Part shown: positions 1-12,300 of the stretch, piece after piece
How positions within the stretch are numbered: position 1 is the first letter of the stretch
Layout of the letters: each line of letters begins with the position of its first letter
From: Lingula anatina
Lineage: Eukaryota; Animalia; Brachiopoda
Assembly (NCBI GenBank): GCA_051362555.1
Contig: CM120644.1
Span: forward strand, 8,378,954-8,442,953
Length of the DNA stretch: 64,000 nucleotides
Direction of reading: 5' to 3'
Program-made: the position numbers and the translations under genes
The notes under the pieces: generated by a model
Databases searched by the model: none
Told to the model about the DNA's origin: nothing
Seen by the model: the letters and a program-made list of their open reading frames with translations, nothing else

Positions 1-1114
1 AATTACGTAAGTGGGTGTACAGTCGGCCTTACAACTGAAAAACACCTGGGGATAATTTGAATTAAAAAGACATGATCTTTTCCATAAGTACCTGCAACCC
101 TTCATCAGAACGCGATTAGTTTTATTTATAAGCTGATATCTTTGCCAAACCTTTATATAATTGTGTTTAATTCCACGCATTGCATTAGGGATGACACTTA
201 TTTTGGCAGGAGATTATATATTGTTTTTCTTGTTTGGGAAAGGGTAAAATGGGAAGGGAGAGGCTAAGGGAGCAATGTGGTATACTGTGTTAGTAGTACT
301 TCCGGGGCGTAAAAAAATATAAATAAATAAATAAAAATAAAAAAACGCAATTAGATATTGGATAGAAAGGCGTGGTCTTTATTGTTTATTGAAACTCTCA
401 TCATTATCTTATTTTAACCTTCAAGTCTGCTCTGAAAACTTTCTAGGGTTTTATTCAATGGCCGATTGTCAGATGTGAGCATCGCTAGGAAACTTTATTG
501 AAATATTATCTGCAGTCAAGTGTAGTTATGGGGTGTCGTTCTTGTATACAACATACTGTTTTAGCTGCCCACAGTTAATAAGGCCTCCATGCCTTCTGAA
601 TCATGAAGTTGATTTATCAAACTTTCCTATTACTGGTAGAAAAAAATGAGTTGAAGCCCCAAAACATTGTTATTTCACAAGTATGAATTTTACCACTAAA
701 ACGCGTTAAGTGATAAGATTCCATATTTTGACAAACAATTTGTTTCCTTGGGTAAAAGTCTTCAAGTTTGTGAAAACGATTCAATGTTTTCGGTGAAAAT
801 TAAATCCCTGTGGCAAAATGATATTTCTTAAATTGGACTCGATATCGCATTCCAGTCAAATGCCCCTTATTACACTTGTTAAGTTGGTGAGCTGTGGAAA
901 GGGCTGATACGTATTATCGTTTGAACTTGTATAAACTGCTGCATTTTCGGCATTATATTATTGTCATTCATTGATATAAATATATTCTACCAGACCCACC
1001 AAGATTTGGATATTCACTGGCTGTGGATTTTTCTGTTCTACTGGCGAGGGATTTTGAACAACAATAATAATAACAACATCATCCAACCGCCCGTTGCTAG
1101 AGGTAGTGAGTATA

Positions 1115-1598
1115 CAACATTGGTCAAAAAGGTTGTCCCACCCTTATTTCCATGTACTTATATTTACAAATGATCACCTCACAGATGTAAATTGTTATAA
1201 ACGGTGCCTTTTAATCCAAATACCGTGGCTCACATGATTAATGGTTCAGAAAATCCAAAATAGTGGTGAAAATATGTACATTTTATACCATTTAGTCAAA
1301 TTTATAACAGGTACCCCCTCAAATCCAATGTTTCACTGTGATTTCTACAGATGTAAAGAAATGTCTATTTAATTGAAAAGACGACACCAAATGTCACCAA
1401 ATTTACACACAACTAGCATTAGGGTGTGCTCGTTAAAGGTCACGTGCCTAATAGCGAGTGTGGCTACCGCGTACTGCAATTTTCTCCTGTAGATCCACGT
1501 TTCTAACACTATTTCTAACAATCTTCAGCTGTGCGGTGATCATTTGTAAATAAAAGTACATGGAAATGGGGGTGGGACAACCTTTTTGACCAATGTTG
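1115..1598. mobile_element. Tc1/mariner-type MITE (484 bp) with TA target-site duplication
   Basis: Imperfect TIRs of ~85 bp (CAACATTGGTCAAAAAGGTTGTCCCACCC... / ...GGGTGGGACAACCTTTTTGACCAATGTTG), TA on both sides. The empty site (gagTATATAtgtag) is present in unit B at ~9071. Confidence 0.92.
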
Positions 1599-1676
1599 TA
1601 TATGTAGTATACGCCATAGTCGTTTTTTTTAAATCATTTCTATCAATAAGCGATGAACTAATGCAAAGAAGCACAA

Positions 1677-1682
1677 TTTATT
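1677..1682 (-). promoter_or_regulatory. Candidate polyadenylation signal AATAAA of CysD copy 1 (copy 2 equivalent 9153-9158)
   Basis: TTTATT on the + strand ~215 nt past the stop codon, conserved in both copies. Confidence 0.4.
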
Positions 1683-1897
1683 GTCCTTAAATGGTACTTT
1701 TGTTAAATGCGTCACCTTTCAAAATGGTGAAGAACCTAAATTTTAAATCAATGCATAGCAAGTCAACAGAAAGTTTTAATAAATCAATTCTGTAAGCGTT
1801 TCTCAGATATACTAAATTCAGGTTGCATTGTATGTCATTCACCAGGATATCGCTTGTCATTTTCCTCAGTGAGTACATACTGTAATAGTGAGCCAAA

Positions 1898-3375
1898 TTA
1901 CGGACACAGGAAACGGACTTCGTAATCGAAGCAATTTTGTCCACTCGGCTGGTCGCGGTTCTCGCAGACGAACCCTTCAGAGGGCGTGCACTTCACTTTG
2001 ATCACCTGACCAGTCAGTTCCCACGGCACATTAGTTCCCCTCATGCGGCACTGGATGTCAATTGGTTCTTGTCCAGAGCACTTGAAAAATTAAAGGAGAC
2101 GTGTTTGTTACCATCTGTGTCAAGGCCCACAATAGCATTTCTCTGCCCTTTACTCGTATATTAATTAAACGTTATGCAACTGCTTTAGTCCAAAGAAATT
2201 TTCTATTCATCATCCATTTCTCACAACTCTAATAATATGGAAAAGGGGCGCGCAGTCGCCAACAGGCCTCGATGGCAATAATAGGTGGCATCCAATATTA
2301 TCAGAAGACAAGTACACAAGCACTTATATTCCTTTAGTTAATAATAATAATACTACATGTGAAGCTTTGAAAAAAAATCGTATAGGTATATAATGATGAC
2401 CACAACAAATTAGTTTTTTTTTCTATCTCGTATCTCAATAACAATGTTAATGCGTAAGACGTAAGAAAAGTTTTATGGCCGTACAAGGGACAGGACTGGC
2501 CGTGGAATAGCATACAGGTAATACCGACGTGACAGAAATGGTAGGCCTGAGAATGGAAGTCCGGGTCCAATATGGCTAGTACAAGTTAGGGGTATTGGGG
2601 TAAGTATATGGGACGGATATCAACTGTACAAAGTGGGGAACAGACTACCGTTCCTATCGGACTACCATTCCTGTCAGATCGGGTACGTAGTTCCTTTAAA
2701 GTACATTGGTGTATCTAGAGTTAGCAATGCATGTGCCAATTAAAGAGGGGGGCGAAGAAAGTGTTATCAACATTTTGAAACTTGTTATAACACGTAATGT
2801 TCCTATATGGACACGCCCTAAAAACAACTTTATATCTCACTTCCACTGATTCTGCTGCAGTGCTTGAAATTGTCGAATATGTGCCACTGTATAAAAGGGT
2901 TAAACATGTTGTGTAATAAATGTAAGATATGAAGGCTGCAACAACCACTATAATGTATCATCATAACATTGACTGCATTCCCACAGTTTTTAGATCGATC
3001 TATCCCCGTGGGGAGTCTCACTAGATTAGTGTCAGCTTGGCCGGCTTACATGTCTGTCCCGCCTATTAAAAGCTGTAAGGGGGAAATTAACTTCCGTGCG
3101 CGCTCGGCTGACAGCAATTTAGCGTGAACCCCCAGGGAGTTAGGTCGATCCAGTTGGATCGATCTAAATCTGTGGGAATGCAGTCATTGAATTAACTGAG
3201 AACAACGTCTAAGCTAGGATTATAGTTTATGTACCAATTAATGTACCTACAGGATCAAAGCCAGTTGGCCCCACGTGCTCAGCGTCGCGGTAACCGCTGG
3301 GGTCATCTCTGTCCATCCAGGGAGTCCACTTCGCGCAAGCAAGACACGTGCCTGTGTAAGATATATATTTCAAAG

Positions 3376-3454
<79 letters not shown>

Positions 3455-6021
3455 CCCATTTCAACAAAACATACATCCATGCGCATTTTGTGTGACAGAG
3501 AAAATACAAAGAAAAATACAGGCAACTTCACCCATTTATAAATAGACAACTTTACCCATTTATAAAGGCTGAGGTCAAGTACAGAGCACGAAAACAAGGC
3601 TAACTATCAGCTCAAATACACAAATTAACTAATTCTAAGCTACGGGGATTTTAGATGTTTTAGAAGCAAAGCGGCCACTTACTTTTGTTATGAATGTGTG
3701 TAGAGTGAAGTTTTATGTCTGTTTATGTGTATGATTTTTTCTTTACCACCCTACACCCTTCAAAACACTACCCCACCACTCAACAGTCACACATGCGCGA
3801 GCGCGTGCGCACACACACCCACCTACACACACCATACACACACATCAATTTCGTCCACAGGGAAATCTCTCCACGACAATGTGAAGGAGCAAATGCGCAG
3901 ATATGGAGGGCCTCATAGACACGAGAAAGATGGCATGGATATGCGATGCATGGTTTGCTGATGCACTTCTCCTGGCTTCTTTCGACGACTTACCTATGTT
4001 TGGACATTTAAAATTCACCTCGTAGTCCTTGCAGGTCCTCCCGTTGACTGATGTAGTACAGACCAAGCCATTCTCCCAGTTGCAGTCGTGGCCGGTATTG
4101 TATTGGTCTCCAGTTGCATAATAATGGTAGTGGGTCACTCTGTCGCGACACCGGGTGCACAATGGGCGAGCACCATTGCACAGGTTGACGTTGTCAGTCG
4201 ACTGAAATATGAGAACTATAATGAATATTTTTTAAAAACTATATATACAGACATCAAACGAAAAAATTCGAAGAATGGCAAGAATGTTTTAATAACGGAA
4301 TTGATCAAAGTCTGACATCCTGTGCGAAGTTACTAACGTGAGATCGCATTTCTTCGGCACTAATTCACTGCAAATAATTGACCAGTATTTATTTAGAGGT
4401 TCATTGAAATGAAGGTTCAATAGCAATTGCCATCAAAAAAGTTAGACGTTTGTGCAGATGCCTAACAGGCCTACTGAATTTCCACACAAATGTTCCGGGT
4501 ACCTTTTAACCAATTGCCTTTTGGTCCTATCGAATAAAAATCGACAAAAACACTGTATATGCATGCGCATGTACCCTGAGCCTGTAAAGTTGGTCTCGTA
4601 TAAAGCCTTCATTTTTTCCGTAATATTAAATAAAGATTGTTACTTAACTAAAGGCAAACACTTAAGCAGACAGGTGACAGTAGCAAAAATAGCACGTGAT
4701 CATCACGTGGTGATCCTCACCCTGAAAGTCTCAACATTCTCCCAGTCGCCGGTACCGCTTGGATCATCCCTATCTCGGTAGTTTGTCCACGTACCACCTG
4801 GATAGAAGAACGAAGTAAAAATATTATAAAAAAATATATGATGTCGAGACAACAAATCCGTCGTCCCTGTAATACAAACAAAAAAAAGAAGAAAAAAAGA
4901 TCGAGAAAGAAAACGTGCAGTAGTTCAAGGCGTCCTTGAAAAACAAGAAGTTTCAAATAGGGTGAAATTTCTCATTGTGGTAATGCACAAAGAAGGTCAC
5001 ACCTACCACAATGCCCACAGAACTTACTTGTACTTGGGCACAAGTATCTTATCTCATAGTCTGCGCAGGACCCGTCGGCTTGCTGGGAGTTGCGGCACAC
5101 CAAACCTTGTGTTGGTAAACAATGGACCTCCAATATATCTGGAGCTGTTCCGGACCAGCGAGTGAACGTACTGGTTGACCCCTTTACGCGACACTCTGCT
5201 CCGATGGGTTTACATCCGCCACAGATGTAACCTAGTTTCTAAATGAAAGTGGCAAATAAATTTTACTTTTTTCTTTTTTTATTGACCACCCTAAATGTCG
5301 AGGCTTTCCACTTTTCTCTTTACAAACGCTCACTCTCTTCTTCTCTTTCCCATTCTTGCATTCTTATACAATGATATTATTTTACATTTTCCGAACAGTG
5401 TAATCAGAAAAGCATCATCTCAACCAACCGAGTTACATTCATTCATTTATTTTAGCCTTTCCTCTAATCAAACGACTTAGAAGCTAGAAGTGAAGTTTTT
5501 TCTTACCTTTTGCTCTGTAATATGTTCATTATCCTCATAACCAGAAGGATCGTCTCGGTCATACCAACCGGTCCAATAATGTCCTTGGGAAATATAGACA
5601 GTGAACAGTCACTGTTAAATTCAGTAACTTCAGTAATATAATTATTGAGTGACGTACATTATTCAGACTAAAGTCTCAACAAAATGCAATGTATGTCTGT
5701 TCCTTGCGCCTACAACAATGTAACAGTGTTTAATAATATCTAGTTCCTAAAACTTATAAAAGTATACATGTGCAGACAACCTTTTCTTTTCTTCTCGAAC
5801 AAATAATGATATGTTGTATTATTTCAAATTCGAGCAGAAATACAGTTCGGTTATTAAAGTGTATATTCTGGATAATATTTCAAAGATTAAACTAACTAAT
5901 TGGCATGGTACACGTGTATATGATGTATGAAGAGGTGACACATGTCAACAAAAAGCTGCCTCTTACCTTTGATAGAATGTAAAGTCAGAAAACACGAAAA
6001 CACAAAGGGCATCAAATTCAT
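1898..6021 (-). CDS. Secreted triple CysD/WxxW (Mucin2_WxxW, CILP/mucin CysD-like) domain protein, copy 1; 303 aa; 7 coding exons
   Basis: Minus-strand exons 6021-5967, 5583-5507, 5238-5028, 4797-4721, 4201-3994, 3351-3251, 2080-1898. All introns are GT-AG with compatible phases; total 912 nt ending in TAA. Translation: signal peptide MNLMPFVFSCFLTLHSIKG; D1 HYWTGWYDRDDPSGYEDNE...CADYEIRYLCP; D2 GTWTNYRDRDDPSGTGDWE...CKDYEVNFKCP; D3 KWTPWMDRDDPSGYRDAE...CFDYEVRFLCP*. The WxxW-DRDxPSG and C-x-DYE-x-RF-x-C motifs are CysD hallmarks. Confidence 0.92.
2524..2682. mobile_element. Short MITE with CCGA..TGACAG termini in CysD intron 6 (also at ~10006-10174; degenerate relative at ~15965-16086)
   Basis: Inverted ends CCGACGTGACAGAAATGGTAGGCC / GGACTACCATTCCTGTCAGATCGG; internal GTTAGGG-like motifs. 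Confidence 0.6.
2970..3186. mobile_element. ~217-bp MITE with TGACTGCATTCCCACAG TIRs in CysD copy 1 intron 6
   Basis: TIRs TGACTGCATTCCCACAG..TTTAGATCGATC / GATCGATCTAAATCTGTGGGAATGCAGTCA. Paralogs at 10463-10679 and, inverted, at 16513-16725. Confidence 0.8.
3378..3452. repeat. (AT)n microsatellite, expanded in unit A versus ~(AT)6 in unit B (~10873)
   Basis: Read directly. It is the source of the spurious IYIYIY ORFs. Confidence 0.95.
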
Positions 6022-9000
6022 GTTATACCTGAAAGATGTAACAATATTTTACACTAGAAGGCCATTTACCATGACAGTTATCTCTCACACCTATTTCATG
6101 CCATAATTCTTACCTATAATCTACATAACATACAACCCTAAGCTGGGGGGGGGGGGTATTGCCCTTTGTACGCTTTAGAAATATAATAGAAATTATGATC
6201 CAAATTACTGTCAAAGGTCATCATTCTTCGATTTTGACCTTGTACTGTCTGGAGGAAGGGAAGTCTGGAAAAAGTCTACTCTTTGTAGACTTGTGAAAAT
6301 GATGATAAAAATGGATGACTCCAAAGGCCTGGTAATGCTATTAGAATACAACACTTGACTCCAGTTGCCTTGATTTTTTTAAAACAAAGTGTGATAAAAT
6401 ATCCCCCCAATGCTACTCTTGTCTGTTCAGGAACATCATGTCTAATTACCCATACCCATCAACACTAAGAAAACAACCTGTTTAACTCATATATCTCATC
6501 ATTATATATAGTTACCAACAAAAACGCCGTTTGCATACATTTATGAAATTTTAACCAATGGGAACACGTGATCTGAATTTCAAAGACATCATTTTATGCA
6601 TGAATGTCATTGAAACACAACAAATGTACTTTTATGAGGTCTTACTAAATCTAAATTACAAACATGTTACCATCCTTTAAAGTAAATTAAAAAAGAAATA
6701 AAAATAGGTTATTTAATTGCTTCTGTGCATTTTACGTCCCCGCCGAAGCCACAGAAACATCCAAATGCGACGGTACACCAATTTACAGTTGCATAATTTG
6801 GATAAACAACATCACAACTAATGATTAACTTAACTTATGACTGTATACACCTTTCTATGTTTATATTTTAAAATTTACTTTAAAACAATAGTAAGGCTGC
6901 TTCACCGTGCGCTATTACACATAATTGGATAAAGGTAAAGGAATCCGTTCTTAAAAGTATACGGCGTGCATGGCACGATACTGATTTTAATTAATTAATT
7001 AATTTTTATTAAAGAATTTGCTACTAATAATAATGATAACTACGATAACAAAAAAGTAGAATGAAATCTAGCGCAAAGTTTATTTTTGAACAGGGGGCTA
7101 CCACATACAAAGTTCACTATGTATTGAACATTGTATATATTATATAGAATTGCTCAAGAACAATGTAAAAAGGTTGTTTCGGACTCACATGTGACCATAC
7201 ATGTACCTATAGGTATTGACAGTGATACGTGCAGTGTGACTACGTGACGTGAGCTTACAAATTAATGAAACTGTGAAAATCTTAATCGTACCTCTCGTGG
7301 TGAAAGGCGTGAGTGTATAAACCGAATCACCGTTCGATACTTTCCGTTTTGTTAAGCTGTTAGGAAAAAGATTTCAGAGGGGTGCCATTCCAATGAAAAT
7401 GTCTCGCAGTGACCGACCAAGGAACAATACAAGGCGAGATTATAGGTGTCCTGTTTTACTCCCTTAATTACAGGGGATGTACTCATAGATTTTGGGAACA
7501 AATTAACAAGTCAAAACCTGGAGAAACTTATTTTGTCAGGACAAGAAGACTAAAGATTTTGACATGTTTTACATCACTATATGAAATTCACTCATGGTGC
7601 TGAGACACCATTCACCGCAAGTCATAAAAGATAAAGCACTTTTTGGAAATTCCCTAACCTTTTCATCCCTCACACTAACATTTTACTGGTATTTCTCCGT
7701 TGTTCTCCAACGATGCTTACCTATAATCTACAAAAACTAAAATGAAGCCATGAAAACTGATTAATGTTTTTGTTTATGCAAAAACAACAATGCCTGTACA
7801 AATGATGGTTTATAAAAAGGAAAAATGCGTATTAAAGTTTTAACCTGAAAACTTGCCCATTACCTCAGCAGTGTGTCCACGTCCAGTTTTTGCTTGAATT
7901 AACAACGTCTTCTGATGGATTATTACCCAAGATAACATCAATTTTTACACGATCTTAATTACCTAAGTGGGTGTAATGTCGGCCTTACAACTGAAAAACA
8001 CCTGGGGATAATTTGAATTAAAAAGACATGATCTTTTCCATAAGTACCTGCCAACCTTCATCAGAAGGCAATTAATTTTATTTATAAGCTGATATCTTTG
8101 CCAAACCTTTATATAATTCTGTTTAATTCCTCGCATTGCATTAGGAGTGACACTTATTTTGGCAGGAGATTATATATTGTTTTTCTTGTTTGGGAAAGGG
8201 TAAAATGGAAAGGGGGAGGCTAAGGGAGCAATGTGGTATACTGTGTTAGTAGTACTTCCGGGGCGTTGAAAATATGAATAAATAAATAAAAATAAAAAAA
8301 ACGCAATTAGATATTGGATAGAAAGGCGTGGTCTTTATTGTTTATTGTAACTCTCATCATTATCTTCATTATTTTAACTTTCAAGTCTGATATGAAAACA
8401 TTCTAGGGTTTTATTCAATGGCCGATTGTCAGATGTGAGCATCACCAGGAAACTTTATTGGAATATTATCTGCAGTCAAGTGTAGTTATGGGGTGTCGTT
8501 CTTGTATACAACATACTGTTTTAGCTGCCAACAGTTAATAAGGCCTCCATACCTTTTGAATGATGAAGTTGATTTATTAAACTTTCCTATTACTGGTAGA
8601 AAAAAATGAGTTGAAGCCCCAAAACATTGTTATTTCACAAATATGAATTTTACCACTAAAACGCGTTAAGTGATAAGATTCCATATTTTGACAAACAATT
8701 TGTTTCCTTGGGTAAAAGTCTTCAAGTTTGTGAAAACGATTCAATGTTTTCGGTGAAAATTAAATCCCTGTGGCAAAATGATATTTCTTAAATTGGACTC
8801 GATATCGCATTCCAGTCAAATGCCCATTATTACACTTGTTAAGTTGGTGAGCTGTGGAAAGGGCTGATACGTGTTATCGTTTGAACTTGTATAAACTGCT
8901 GCATTTTCGGCATTATATTATTGTCATTCATTGATATAAATATATTCTACCAGACCCACCAAGATTTGGATATTCACTGGCTGTGGATTTTTCTGTTCTA

Positions 9001-9383
9001 CTGGCGAGGGATTTTGAACAACAATAATAATAACAACATCATCCAACCGCCCGCTGCTGGAGGTAGTGAGTATATATGTAGTATACGCCATAACCGTTTT
9101 TCTTTTAAATAATTTCTATCAATAAGCGATGAACTAATGCAAAGAAGCACAATTTATTGTCCTTAAATGGTACTTTTGTTAAATGCGTCACCTTTCAAAA
9201 TCGTGAAGAACCTAAATTTTAAATCAATGCATAGCAAGTCAACAGAAAGTTTTGGGTACATGTAATAAATCAATTCTGTAAGCGTTTCTCAGATATACTA
9301 AATTCAGGTTGCATTGTGTGTCATTCACCAGGATATCGCTTGTCATTTTCCTCAGTGAGTACATACTGTATTAGTGAGCCAAA

Positions 9384-12300
9384 TTACGGACACAGGAAAC
9401 GGACTTCGTAATCGAAGCAATTTTGTCCACTCGGCTGGTCACGGTTCTCGCAGACGAACCCTTCAGAGGGCGTGCACTTCACTTTGATCACCTGACCAGT
9501 CAGTTCCCACGGCACATTAGTTCCCCTCATGCGGCACTGGATGTCAATTGGTTCTTGTCCAGAGCACTTGAAAAATTAAAGAAGACGTGTTTGTTACCAT
9601 CTGTGTCAAGGCCCACAATAGCATTTCTCTGCCCTTTACTCGTATAATAATTAAACGTTATGCAACTACTTTAGTCCAAAGAAATTTTCTATTCATCATC
9701 CATTTCTCTCAACTCTAATAATATGAAAAAGGGGCGCGCAGTCGCCAACAGGCCTCGATGGCAATAATAGGTGGCATCCAATATTATCAGAAGACAAGTA
9801 CACAAGCCCTTATATTCCTTTAGTTAATAATAATAATAGTACATGTGAAGCTTTGAAAAAAATCGTATGGGTATATAATGATGACCACAACAAAGTAGTT
9901 TTTTATATCTCGTATCTCAATAACAATGTTAATGCGTAAGACGTAAGAAAAGTTTTATGGCCGTACAAGGGACAGGACTGGCCGTGGAATAACATACAGG
10001 TAATACCGACGTGACAGAAATGGTAGGCCTGAGAATGGAAGTCCGGGTCCAATATGGCTAGTACAAGTTAGGGTTAGAACGGAGTATTGGGGTAAGTATA
10101 TGGGACGGATATCAGCTGTACAAAGTGGGGAACAGACTACCGTTCCTATCGGACTACCATTCATGTCAGATCGGGTAAGTAGTTCCTTTAAAGTACATTG
10201 GTGTTAGCTATGCATGTACCAAGATCCTCAATTAAAGAGGGAGGCGAAGAAAGTGTTATCAACATTTTGTAACTTGTTATAACACGTAATGTTCCTATAT
10301 GGACACGCCCTAAAAACAACTTTATATCTCACTTCCACTGATTCTGCTGCAGTGCTTTGAATTTGTCGAATATGTGCCACCGTATAAAAGGGTTAAACAT
10401 GTTGTGTAATAAATGTAAGATATGAAGGCTGCAACAACCATTATAATGTATCATCATAACAGTGACTGCATTCCCACAGATTTTAGATCGATCTATCCCC
10501 GTGGGGAGTCTCACTAGATTACTGTCAGCTTGGCCGGCTTAAATGTCTGTCCCGCCTACTAAAAGCTGTAAGGGGGTAATTAACTTCCGTGCGCGCTCGG
10601 CTGACAGCAATTTAGCGTGAACCCCCAGGGAGTTAGGTCGATCCAGTTGGATCGATCTAAATCTGTGGGAATGCAGTCATTGAATTAACTGAGAACAACG
10701 TGTAAGCTAGGATTATAGTTTATGTACCAATTAATGTACCTACAGGATTAAAGCCAGTTGGCCCCACGTGCTCAGCGTCGCGGTCACCGCTGGGGTCATC
10801 TCTGTCCATCCAGGGAGTCCACTTCGCGCAAGCAAGACACGTGCCTGTGTAAGATATATATTTCAAAGTAAAATATATATATAATCCCATTTCAACAAAA
10901 CATACATCCATGCGCATTTTGTGTGACAGAGAAAATACAAAGAAAAAAACAGACAACTTCACCCATTTATAAAGGCTGAGGTAAAGTACAGAGCACGAAA
11001 ACAAGGCTGACTATCAGCTCAAATACACAAATTAACTAATTCTAAGCTACGGGGATTTTAGATGTTTTAGAAGCAAAGCGGCCACTTACTTTTGTTATGA
11101 ATGTGTGTAGAGTGAAGTTTTATGTCTGTTTATGTGTATGATTTTTTCTTTAGCACACTACACCCTTCAAAACACTACCCCGCCACTCAACAGTCACACA
11201 TGCGCGAGCGCGTGCGCACACACACCCACCTACACACACCATACACACACATCAATTTCGTCCACAGGGAAATTTCTCCACGACAATGTGAAGGAGCAAA
11301 TGCGCAGATATGGAGGGCCTCATAGACACGAGAAAGATGGCATGGATATGCGATGCATGGTTTGCTGATGCACTTCTCCTGGCTTCTTTCGACGACTTAC
11401 CTATGTTTGGACATTTAAAATTCACCTCGTAGTCCTTGCAGGTCCTCCCGTTGACTGATGTAGTACAGACCAAGCCATTCTCCCAGTTGCAGTCGTGGCC
11501 GGTATTGTATTGGTCTCCAGTTGCATAATAATGGTAGTGGGTCACTCTGTCGCGACACCGGGTGCACAATGGGCGAGCACCATTGCAAAGGTTGACGTTG
11601 TCAGTCGACTGAAATATGAGAACTATAATGAATATTTTTTAAAAACTATATATACAGACATCAAACGAAAAAATTCGAAGAATGGCAAGAATGTTTTAAT
11701 AACGGAATTGATCAAGGTCTGACATCCTGTGCGAAGTTACTAACGTGAGATCGCATTTCTTCGGCACTAATTCACTGCAAATAATTGACCAGTATTTATT
11801 TAGAGGTTCATTGAAATGAAGGTTCAATAGCAATTGCCATCAAAAAAGTTAGACGTTTGTGCAGATGCCTAACAGGCCTACTGAATTTCCACACAAATGT
11901 TCCGGGTACCTTTTAACAAATTGCCTTTTGGTCCTATCGTATAAAAATCGACAAAAACACTGTATATGCATGCGCATGTACCCTGAGCGTGTAAAGTTGG
12001 TCTCGTATAAAGCCTTCTTCATTTTTTCCGTAATATTAAATAAAGATTGTTACTTAACTAAAGGCAAACACTTAAGCAGACAGGTGACAGTAGCAAAAAT
12101 AGCACGTGATCATCACGTGGTAATCCTCACCCTGAAAGTCTCAACATTCTCCCAGTCTCCGGTACCGCTTGGATCATCCCTATCTCGGTAGTTTGTCCAC
12201 GTACCACCTGGATAAAAGAACGAAGAAAAAATATTATAAAAAATATATGATGTCGAGACAACAAATCCGTCGTCCCTGTAATACAAACAAAAAAAAAAGA

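Larger units (their letters stand above)
1..7956. repeat. Tandem segmental duplication unit A (~7.96 kb) containing CysD gene copy 1
   Basis: The sequence at position 1 (aattacgtaagtgggtgta) recurs at 7957 and 15352. Units A and B are colinear and near-identical apart from a MITE and an (AT)n expansion. Confidence 0.95.

Noticed and set aside
2580-2600. TTAGGG-like motifs suggesting interstitial telomere
   Set aside because: Only 1-2 copies, lying inside a MITE.
2839-2948. Apparent minus-strand exon (tatacAG...GTGAGA) in CysD intron 6
   Set aside because: Copy 2 has a 1-bp indel here, there is no CysD motif, and the gene splices in frame without it.
3275-3597. ORFs with IYIYIY runs
   Set aside because: They are translations of the (AT)n microsatellite. 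The real coding piece is CysD exon 3351-3251.
7183-7320. Non-coding first exon and TSS of the CysD genes (minus-strand donor GTGAGT at 7188, GTAAGT in copy 2; another candidate at ~7863)
   Set aside because: The donor is plausible and conserved, but exon start and promoter cannot be fixed from sequence alone, so it was not annotated.
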